Made by a program: the position numbers and the translations under genes | Source of the DNA: an uncultured Chitinophagales bacterium | Lineage (GTDB): Bacteria > Bacteroidota > Rhodothermia > Balneolales > Natronogracilivirgulaceae | Reading direction: 5' to 3' | Length of the DNA: 64,000 nt | Assembly (NCBI GenBank): GCA_964505385.1 | Contig: CAZDIA010000008.1 | Span: 18,658-82,657 of the forward strand | Shown here: piece after piece, positions 43,740 to 51,697 of the stretch | How the letters are laid out: each line of letters opens with the position of its first letter | How positions within the stretch are numbered: position 1 is the first letter of the stretch | The notes under the pieces: generated by a model | What the model saw: the letters and a program-made list of their open reading frames with translations, nothing else | Told to the model about the DNA's origin: nothing | Databases searched by the model: none

Positions 43740-45047
43740 CTATTTGATAAAACTCATCTGTCGCTGCATCACGTGATCACCGGCCTGCAACCGGTACAGA
43801 TAGATACCTGATGAAAGTCCGGAAGCGTCAAATTCGGAAATATGGGTCCCGGCCTGCATTTGTTCCTCATCCAACAGGGTTTTTACGTAGCGACCTTGCG
43901 CTGTAAACACGCTGAGGGTTACAGCAGCAGATTCCCTGAGTGTAAATTCTATCTGCGTGACAGGGTTAAACGGATTGGGATAGTTTTGCCGGAGTTCAAA
44001 GTCACTCGCAACTTCAGCATCTACCGGTGAGGAGGTCGTGGTTTGCTCAAGCGGGAAAGAGGCAATTGCATTGTTTGTCGAGAGCATCACCAGTGTATTA
44101 CGATTATGATCAAATTCGACTGCACCGGTTGCATTGGGGTTTTGATACACACTCAACTGAGATGATGACGAGATGAGCTGCGGATTTTGTAAATCGGTGA
44201 TATCCACCAGATCGATAACCTGGTCCGCATCCCCTGTACCCCGGGGTGCTGTCGCAATGACCTGAAGGGTGTCGAAATCGGCGAAATCGATATTCATACT
44301 TCCGGTAGAGACAACCTCACCCGGAATAGAACTTCCGGTTTCACCGGTTTCCGTACTGATTTTCGTCGGCTCCGTACCCGATCCGTTGACCCATAAGCTG
44401 TCCTCACCGGCAATAGGTGAAATACCTCCGCGTGCAATACCGGCCGGAGCATTCAGAAAATCAGGTTCCGAGAGGCTATGATCATCAGCGTCATACTCCA
44501 GTTTCAGGATATCTTCATTACCGGTACCGGCAAAGTACAGCCAGATGCCATCTCCGGTTTCATCAATACCCAGGGCATCGCCATAGCGGGCTGCATTGAC
44601 ATCTCCCTGGAAAAGGATTTCCATTTCGCTTGCTTCATCTTCCCACATATAGATAATGAAATCTTCTTCGGAGGAGTCAACCACACTATTGGCTGCGAAA
44701 ATGGTACCATCTTCAGTAGCACCAACTTGATTGAGTGCCAGAAACCCGGTTTCAATAACCTCCTCTGTATCCAGGGTTCCTTCCACATTTCCGGTGGATG
44801 AATCCAAGACATAAACAGCCGGCTCCTCGGTATTGCTTGCCACCAAAATATTTCCGGTAGCCGGGTTTAAACTCATACCTCGCGTGGCGTTATCGTCGTT
44901 GTCCAACCAATCCTCATCGATGGGTAGAACTTCCCATTCTGCTGAACCAATCTCCAATTGATAGCTTTCCTGAAGGTTTTGGGTGTTGGCGGTGTAAAAT
45001 CCAATGCAAATTATGAGGCCTAACAGTATCGTCTGTTTCATGAGCAT
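43740..45047 (-). CDS. acidic T9SS cargo protein with unnamed propeller-like domain (paralog family)
   Basis: Signal peptide MLMKQTILLGLIICIGFYTANTQ. Motifs GATEDGTIFAANS, FIIYMWEDEASEME and RYGDALGIDETG are shared with 33973-35304 and 19227-23126. The CTD reads NYPNPFNPVTQIEFTLRESAAVTLSVFTAQGRYV...SSGIYLYRL. Confidence 0.85.
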   Translation of the reverse strand: MLMKQTILLGLIICIGFYTANTQNLQESYQLEIGSAEWEVLPIDEDWLDNDDNATRGMSLNPATGNILVASNTEEPAVYVLDSSTGNVEGTLDTEEVIETGFLALNQVGATEDGTIFAANSVVDSSEEDFIIYMWEDEASEMEILFQGDVNAARYGDALGIDETGDGIWLYFAGTGNEDILKLEYDADDHSLSEPDFLNAPAGIARGGISPIAGEDSLWVNGSGTEPTKISTETGETGSSIPGEVVSTGSMNIDFADFDTLQVIATAPRGTGDADQVIDLVDITDLQNPQLISSSSQLSVYQNPNATGAVEFDHNRNTLVMLSTNNAIASFPLEQTTTSSPVDAEVASDFELRQNYPNPFNPVTQIEFTLRESAAVTLSVFTAQGRYVKTLLDEEQMQAGTHISEFDASGLSSGIYLYRLQAGDHVMQRQMSFIK

Positions 45048-45238
45048 TTTACCTACTTTGTTTTATAAGAATATCAGTTAGGATTGATCTTTTAAAATAT
45101 GGTAAATAATAAACTCAAATGCACCCAACCTGGCCTGATTATGAGTTTCAGTTATCCCCGCAGTTTTATTATCGATCAAAGCATAACCAATGGCAGATTT
45201 CCACGGTTATTTCCTCTAATTACTACTATACATTGTCC

Positions 45239-46513
45239 CTATTCAACTGCGCGCATCAATGCCTGCGCTTTTACCCAGGTCTCTTCCCATTCTTCTTCAG
45301 GCTGCGAATCACTGGTGATTGCACCTCCCACCTGATATTGCAGTAACCCCTCCTGAACGATAGCCGAGCGTATCACTACATTAAAATCAAAATCTTCCTC
45401 CGGGGTGATGTACCCGATCGCTCCGGAATATACTCCCCGCCGGATCAACTCGGTTTCCTCAATTATTTCCATAGCCCTGATTTTCGGAGCGCCGGTCATA
45501 GAGCCCATCGGAAAGCATGCGCGAAGAGCTTCCTCAGGATCGAGTCCGGAATCCATCCGGCCGGTGATAGAGGTAACCATCTGATGAAGCGTTGCAAAAG
45601 ACTGAACTTCAAAGAGTTCTTCCACATTAACGGAACCTGCCTCGCATACCCGGCTGAGATCATTCCGAACCAGATCCACAATCATCAGGTTCTCGGCCCG
45701 GTTTTTTTCATTTTCCAGTTTCGACTGAATCAGCTTCTCATCTTCCTCCGGAGTGTCGCCTCTTTTTACAGTGCCTTTGATCGGTTGAGAACGAACCGTT
45801 CTGCCTCGTTTTTCCAGAAACCTTTCCGGCGAGGCGCAGCACACAGCCGTGCGGCCGGTATCAATATATGCTCCAAAGGGAACAGGTCCGATTTCGCGCA
45901 TTGCCTTATACAGCATAAGCGGATCACCCGCTGCATCTCCCCAAAACGGATAGGTATAATTAACCTCATACACATCCCCCTGCCGGATATATTCCTTTAT
46001 AGTTTTGATGCGATCAGTATAATCCTGTTGATTAATCCCCGGCTCAAGATTGCTCAACTTAAAATCCTGCTCTACATTTTCCGGGTATTGAGGCAGCATT
46101 TCCTCGTTGCCCTCAACCCAGCTTGCCTCTCCGGTATCAACATTAATCCGAATGAAAATGGTCGGTTGCATCCAGAACAAATCAGCCAGGCTCATACGGT
46201 ATGAATTGTCGCTGGATAAATCTTCGATATGATTTTTAAGATCATACCCGAGCCAGCCTCCACTCCATCCTTTGTAACGCCTGCGAAACCATTTAATCGC
46301 ATCCCAGGCATTTCCCTGCCACAAATAGGTAGTGCCATCCATATGCACTGTTTTACACAAGTCTCCGTGGACAGTTAGTATTACAAGCGGCTTTCCGGCC
46401 AGATATATCTCACGGGATGCCGGATGATCACGGGACTGTGAATCCAGCACCATAACCGGGCCGAGCATACGCAGGCGTGTAATAAGATGTAGTGGTAAAT
46501 CAGTTGTCATCAT
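45239..46513 (-). CDS. pabB: aminodeoxychorismate synthase component I (chorismate-binding enzyme)
   Basis: 424 aa. SPERFLEKRG..., PMGSMTGAPKIRAMEIIEETE...RGVYSGAIGY and the overall PabB/TrpE C-terminal domain. The short N-terminus favours PabB over TrpE. Confidence 0.85.
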   Translation of the reverse strand: MMTTDLPLHLITRLRMLGPVMVLDSQSRDHPASREIYLAGKPLVILTVHGDLCKTVHMDGTTYLWQGNAWDAIKWFRRRYKGWSGGWLGYDLKNHIEDLSSDNSYRMSLADLFWMQPTIFIRINVDTGEASWVEGNEEMLPQYPENVEQDFKLSNLEPGINQQDYTDRIKTIKEYIRQGDVYEVNYTYPFWGDAAGDPLMLYKAMREIGPVPFGAYIDTGRTAVCCASPERFLEKRGRTVRSQPIKGTVKRGDTPEEDEKLIQSKLENEKNRAENLMIVDLVRNDLSRVCEAGSVNVEELFEVQSFATLHQMVTSITGRMDSGLDPEEALRACFPMGSMTGAPKIRAMEIIEETELIRRGVYSGAIGYITPEEDFDFNVVIRSAIVQEGLLQYQVGGAITSDSQPEEEWEETWVKAQALMRAVE

Positions 46514-46837
46514 TTGCTTAAAATAGCTTAGCAGCAGCCCTTGCCCAATTTTTAATTGTAAAAGATGAAAAGTTTTTAGAATGCATTCTCCTCAAAGTTA
46601 GTATGAATAAGATATTTTGAGTTGTTTTTCAATGACATACTACAAAAAAGCTCCCATTTTCAATAAGCGAAATTCCAAAGGGTTACCGGGACTGGTTTCG
46701 GTAATTGGAAATTGGTCACTTGAATTTATCCCGACGAAGCGTGCGGGACAAGTTTTGAAATTTGACCAATATAATTTGGAAATTTCAGAATTGCACATTA
46801 TAATAAGCAAAATTATTTTATAATTGCATAATTTATT

Positions 46838-48037
46838 GTGCAAATGGAGCACCTTTTTGAATACTCAGATCAGCAATTACGTAACGTTTCTGTGCGGTTT
46901 CGTCGCTATTTGTACGACCGAATCCACTGGAAAAGCCGTCTGATTGGGATCAAGGGAGCCAGGGGTACTGGCAAAACAACACTGCTTTTACAGTACCTTG
47001 CCCAAAAAGAATTGCAGGCACCGGAAGTGGTTTATTTTTCCCTTGATGATCTTTATTTCACCACTTCTTCTCTTGTGGATGTAGTCTCGTCTGTATATAA
47101 AGAAGGTGCCCAGGTTATCGGCCTTGATGAAGTGCATAAATACCCGGGTTGGGCAAGAGAGGTTAAAATCGCTTATGATCGCTACCCGGATCTTCAGATT
47201 GTTTTCACCGGCTCTTCCATAATCGACATAGCCAGGGAGGAGGGCGACTTAAGCAGACGTATGATACTGTACGAGTTATACGGACTTTCATATCGTGAGT
47301 ACCTTCAATTAGCTCACGAAATGCCGTTTAAACCCATCAATTTAAATGAGATGCTCGGTGGTAGTACACGTATCCGCGACTACTTTCCCAAAGAGTTTCG
47401 ACCGCTAAAATATTTCAAAAACTACTTGCATCATGGCTACTATCCATTCTTTATGGAAGAAACCGAAACTTTCGGGATGCGGCTGAATCAATTAGTACGT
47501 ATGACGGTAGAATACGATTTGGCCGAGTTAAAACATTTTGATATCCGCAATGCCAAAAAACTGCTGCAACTCCTGAGCATCATTGCTTCAAGTGTGCCCT
47601 TCAAGCCCAACATCAGTAAGCTGGCTCAAAAGACCGGTATTCACCGCAACTCACTTGTAAGTTATTTGTATCATCTTGAACAGGCAAGATTAATCAGCCT
47701 TTTGTATCCGGCCGGTCAAAGTACCGCGACATTGCAAAAACCCGAAAAAATCGCACTTCAAAATACCAATCTCTCATGGGCTTTAAGTAATTACCGTCCG
47801 AATACCGGCAATTTGAGGGAAACGTTTGTGCTCAGTCAGCTCTTTGTGGACCATCAGGTTTCTTATCCCCCCGCCGGTGATTTTATGGTGAATCATGACC
47901 TGTTATTGGAAATTGGAGGCAAAGATAAAAGTAAAGACCAAATCCGGGATGTTAAGAATGCCCGGTTGGTGGTAGATGACATTGAATTTCCTACAGCCGG
48001 CCGGATTCCGTTGTGGCTGTTGGGGTTTTTGTATTAA
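46838..48037 (+). CDS. AAA-type ATP-binding protein (AAA_14 + DUF4143-like architecture)
   Basis: Walker A GIKGARGTGKTT and Walker B VIGLDEVHKY. Size, and a C-terminal region with GDFMV...LLEIGGK, resemble COG1373-type ATPases. Confidence 0.8.
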   Translation: MQMEHLFEYSDQQLRNVSVRFRRYLYDRIHWKSRLIGIKGARGTGKTTLLLQYLAQKELQAPEVVYFSLDDLYFTTSSLVDVVSSVYKEGAQVIGLDEVHKYPGWAREVKIAYDRYPDLQIVFTGSSIIDIAREEGDLSRRMILYELYGLSYREYLQLAHEMPFKPINLNEMLGGSTRIRDYFPKEFRPLKYFKNYLHHGYYPFFMEETETFGMRLNQLVRMTVEYDLAELKHFDIRNAKKLLQLLSIIASSVPFKPNISKLAQKTGIHRNSLVSYLYHLEQARLISLLYPAGQSTATLQKPEKIALQNTNLSWALSNYRPNTGNLRETFVLSQLFVDHQVSYPPAGDFMVNHDLLLEIGGKDKSKDQIRDVKNARLVVDDIEFPTAGRIPLWLLGFLY

Positions 48038-48383
48038 CAAACGCAGGCTGTTCGGCATAGCCGCGCTGTCGGCATGGTGGCAACGGAGAAATATATGGGT
48101 AACCGCGGAGGGCGCGAAGTTGTCACTGAGGATGCTGGGAGATATAGGGTGATGGAGTTTAGGAATGATGGAGTAGTGGATTGGATTCCCTGATTTTCCT
48201 TAATTCCTTACCACCTTAATTAGTGCTTGTAAAAAAACTCAAAGTGCCCTAACAAAACGCCAGGATCAAATGTACAGGGTTTACTTGAGCATTTTGGGGA
48301 CGAGCGGAAAGAAGATATTGGCGTTTTCTTAGAGGCACTAATTAAAATCAGACAGAACTAACTTTCCTGGTGAATAATTAAGG

Positions 48384-49253
48384 TTAGACCTGCGAAAATT
48401 GTTGATCCAGAAATCCGCGAAAATCTGTGAGGATATTTTGAAACCGCTGCGGTGCCTTCCGGTAACGAATATCATCAATCTCTGAAACCGGCTGGATTAT
48501 CCTTACCGAATTGGTCAGCCAGACCTCATCAGCTTTTCTAATATGGTCCGCTTCAAAACTTCCTTCTGCGAATCGTAAAGATATCTGCTCATGTTTAATC
48601 CACCTGATAAAACATTCTCTCATGATACCGGGCAGCAAATCACATTTAACGGAAGGAGTATACACGGTATCTCCGATCAGCCAGAACACATTGGCTATGG
48701 TTGTCTCACTCAAAAATCCGTCAACCGTTCTCATGAGAGCTTCATCGGCACCGGCCTGCCGGGCTTCGGCGGCTGCGCGAATATAGTTCGCGGCTGATGA
48801 AAGTTTAAAATCCGGCCACAGGCTGGCCTTTGGAATCCTTCGGGTCGGAACCATAGTCAGCTTTATCGGAATCGGCTCCCACCTCACCGGGGATGCTGTA
48901 ATCTGGAGACGCAGATTCTGCCTGTCAGGCGGTGCAAAACCAGGAGAACCCTCCCGCCAAACCTGAATTCTAACGCGGGATTTCTTGTCATGCAATTTAT
49001 TTGCATCCAACAAATTACGAATCCCCTCAGGCACTCGCTCAACGATTTCCTCTATACCCGTGAAACCAAGATAATTCAGACCACCTTTCAGCCTTTCAAG
49101 ATGCTTTTGAAAACCGTAGGTTTTTCCGGCATCAATAAGCATGGTCTCAAAACAACCATCACCGTACCACAAACCGCGGTCTAAAGGCACCTGAATTTCA
49201 TCAGCAGGGAGAAGCCGGGAATCAATCCACTGATATGGAGCTGAGGCACTCAA
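48384..49253 (-). CDS. pabC: class IV aminotransferase, probable aminodeoxychorismate lyase
   Basis: 289 aa fold-type IV PLP enzyme pattern (GDGCFETM..., FLSETTIANVFW, GIMRE). The pabC call rests on size and proximity to pabB, so a branched-chain or D-amino-acid aminotransferase is not excluded. Confidence 0.7.
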   Translation of the reverse strand: MSASAPYQWIDSRLLPADEIQVPLDRGLWYGDGCFETMLIDAGKTYGFQKHLERLKGGLNYLGFTGIEEIVERVPEGIRNLLDANKLHDKKSRVRIQVWREGSPGFAPPDRQNLRLQITASPVRWEPIPIKLTMVPTRRIPKASLWPDFKLSSAANYIRAAAEARQAGADEALMRTVDGFLSETTIANVFWLIGDTVYTPSVKCDLLPGIMRECFIRWIKHEQISLRFAEGSFEADHIRKADEVWLTNSVRIIQPVSEIDDIRYRKAPQRFQNILTDFRGFLDQQFSQV

Positions 49254-49789
49254 ATTTCTTCTAAATATGAGATAAACTTATCAAAATCATCTATACCCCT
49301 GAATCCTACTACCACATCAACGATTTCCCCGTTACTGTCAAAAAACAGATATGCCGGTATGCCCGGCACCAGGTACTCCTGATACACATCGGTACCTTCT
49401 ACAAAAATAAAATCAAGGCCATATTCTTCCCTGTAAGGGATAATTTCGGCCGGATCGTCTTTTACCAGTGCCGAAATAATTACCAAATCGGGATACTCAC
49501 TTTGCAAATCTGCAAATTGCTCATGGGGGTGTTGTGATCGGCTTGACCATGTAGCCCAAAAATCCACTATAACGGGCTGGCCGGCAAACTCCGCTACCGA
49601 CACGCTGTCCCTATCATTTTCTATGGTCTCAAAAACAATTTCACGGAATTCGTTGCCATCTGCCACCTTTTCTTTGAAATCAGATTGCTGACCAAAAAAA
49701 TAATTAACCGTAAAAAACCCGATAAGAACAATAGCTATTGCACCGGCAACGCCGACAACTACATTAAAATATTTTGGATCTAATCGCAT
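49250..49789 (-). CDS. membrane-anchored TlpA/thioredoxin-fold protein lacking the CxxC active site (SxxS)
   Basis: N-terminal TM anchor. VIVDFWATWSSRSQHP stands where TlpA-like proteins have FWATWCxPC. GIPAYLFFDSNGEIV is the typical cis-Pro region. Confidence 0.75.
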   Translation of the reverse strand: MRLDPKYFNVVVGVAGAIAIVLIGFFTVNYFFGQQSDFKEKVADGNEFREIVFETIENDRDSVSVAEFAGQPVIVDFWATWSSRSQHPHEQFADLQSEYPDLVIISALVKDDPAEIIPYREEYGLDFIFVEGTDVYQEYLVPGIPAYLFFDSNGEIVDVVVGFRGIDDFDKFISYLEEI

Positions 49790-49858
49790 AATCCGTTGTT
49801 ACACAAACTCATTATTGTTTATTCTAAGCTGTTTGGTAAGCCTGTTGATACTCTTTAA

Positions 49859-50050
49859 TTAAAGTTCATTTTCCCTCATTTCCAACGATTCATTAATCTG
49901 TTTCAAGACTACGGCATTTTCATAAACTGCTTCTTTGTCTAATTTGCCCTTGTCCATGAACCAGCTGGTTACTTGCTGCCAACTCCATAGCATTGTTTTG
50001 GTGGTAAAGACAAACACTGTTGCAAGCCGCAAATCATACAAGAAATACAA
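49859..50050 (-). CDS. hypothetical small protein (weak call)
   Basis: Only an ORF between wecE and the Trx-like gene on the same strand. No recognisable motif; alternative internal starts exist. Confidence 0.2.
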   Translation of the reverse strand: MYFLYDLRLATVFVFTTKTMLWSWQQVTSWFMDKGKLDKEAVYENAVVLKQINESLEMRENEL

Positions 50051-50103
50051 TGGATTTTATAGGAAGCTAAGTTAAGAAATCATCACAAATAAACGGTAGC
50101 ATA

Positions 50104-51252
50104 TTATCTTACGATTTCAAAGATCTTTTGAGAAATCCTGGTGATATCTTCTTCGCTCAGATAGAAATGCATCGGCAGCCTTACTAAACAATCGGTAAAT
50201 TTTTCAGCATTCGGAAGTGATCTCCCGTTGTGATGTGCCTGGAAAAACGGCGATTGATGCAGCGCCTGATAATGAAATGTTGACTGAATGCCGGCTTTTT
50301 TCAGCTCGCTTATAAGTGTGCTTCGCTGTTCTAAGTCATTGCAGATCAAGTAATAAATATGTCCATTGTGATCGCAGCCATCCGGCACATTTGGCCGTTC
50401 AATACCATATTCTTCAATACCCTCGAGGTTTGTATGATATTTGTGCCACAACAGCTTTCTTTTGGCCGTTACTTCAGAATGTTTTTCAAGTTGCGGTTTT
50501 AAAAAAGCCGAATTCAATTCGGATGGCAGATAGCTCGAGCCGATGTCCACCCAGTTATATTTATCGATTTCACCCCGTAAAAACGCAGATCGGTTTGTAC
50601 CTTTTTCCCTGATGATCTCAGCCCGCCGGGCATAATCTTCATTTTGTACGACCAATGCTCCGCCTTCCCCGCAATGGATGTTTTTTGTTTCATGAAATGA
50701 AAGAGCTCCAAAATCGCCTATACCACCAAGAAAACGATCATTGTACTTAGCGTCAATGCATTGGGCCGCATCTTCCACAACCCACAAGTGGTTCTTCATG
50801 GCAATCTCCATGATTTTATCCATCTCACATGCCATGGCGGCATAATGGACAACTACTATCGCAGTGGTTTGATCAGTGATAAGGGATTCAATTTCAGCAG
50901 GGTCTACATTCGGATGATCCCGATGGCTGTCTGCGAATACGGGAGTAGCTCCGCGCATAACAAACGCATTGGCTGTAGAAACAAAAGTATATGAAGGAAT
51001 AATGATTTCATCACCGGGACCCGCATTGCAAAGTATCGCTGCCATTTCAAGTGCCTGAGTGCAGGAAGGGGTCATCCAAAAATGAGGGAATCCAAACTGC
51101 TTTTTGCAATACTCATGAACTTGTCCGGTTTGGGGGCCATCACCCGACAACGAACCCTGATCAATAGCTCTGCGGATACTTTCGGTTTCCTTGCCGGAGA
51201 TATAAGGTTGATTGAATTTTATTAAATCCAATTGAAGCTCTGTCTTTCTCAT
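50104..51252 (-). CDS. wecE: dTDP-4-amino-4,6-dideoxygalactose transaminase (DegT/DnrJ/EryC1/StrS family)
   Basis: Collinear with E. coli WecE: TPSCTQALEMAA, IIPSYTFVSTANAF, FHETKNIHCGEGGALV, IREKGTNRSAFLRGEIDKYNWVDIGSSYLPSEL. Confidence 0.9.
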   Translation of the reverse strand: MRKTELQLDLIKFNQPYISGKETESIRRAIDQGSLSGDGPQTGQVHEYCKKQFGFPHFWMTPSCTQALEMAAILCNAGPGDEIIIPSYTFVSTANAFVMRGATPVFADSHRDHPNVDPAEIESLITDQTTAIVVVHYAAMACEMDKIMEIAMKNHLWVVEDAAQCIDAKYNDRFLGGIGDFGALSFHETKNIHCGEGGALVVQNEDYARRAEIIREKGTNRSAFLRGEIDKYNWVDIGSSYLPSELNSAFLKPQLEKHSEVTAKRKLLWHKYHTNLEGIEEYGIERPNVPDGCDHNGHIYYLICNDLEQRSTLISELKKAGIQSTFHYQALHQSPFFQAHHNGRSLPNAEKFTDCLVRLPMHFYLSEEDITRISQKIFEIVR

Positions 51253-51409
51253 TTAATACCAATTGCGCCGGGATGATTTACCCTGCGGATCAATTCTCTA
51301 TGATATTAATAAATCCGGTTAGGAAAAAATCATCTGAATTGTTCAGATTACGTTGCAATTTTACTAATTTCAATGCCACAAATATTAATCCGTAATTCAA
51401 ATTACACTT

Positions 51410-51697
51410 ATGGCTGTATCCCGAAAAGATGTTCTATACATGGCTGATCTTGCCCGGCTCCGGCTCACCGACGAAGAAGCCGAGCAGCTTCAGCAGGATA
51501 TGAATGACATTCTCGAATATATGGATCTTCTGGAGCAGCTCGATACTTCCGAAGTCCCTCCGCTTGAGCACGTTACCGAACTTCATACCCCCCTTCGGGA
51601 AGATAAAGCCAAACAACCCGTAGATCACGAAGAGGCTCTGAAAAATGCTCCGGATGCTGACAGTGACTATTTCAGGGTACCCAGAGTTATTGAATAA
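51410..51697 (+). CDS. gatC: Asp-tRNA(Asn)/Glu-tRNA(Gln) amidotransferase subunit C
   Basis: 95 aa; VLYMADLARLRLTDEEAEQLQQDMNDILEYMDLLEQLDTSEVPP is the GatC signature. Confidence 0.93.
   Translation: MAVSRKDVLYMADLARLRLTDEEAEQLQQDMNDILEYMDLLEQLDTSEVPPLEHVTELHTPLREDKAKQPVDHEEALKNAPDADSDYFRVPRVIE

Noticed and set aside
45099-45346. Two overlapping ~75-aa ORFs in and next to the pabB 3-prime end
   Set aside because: They are short, overlap each other and the pabB coding end, and have no ribosome-binding context or motifs. The spacer more likely holds the promoter of the 43740-45047 gene.
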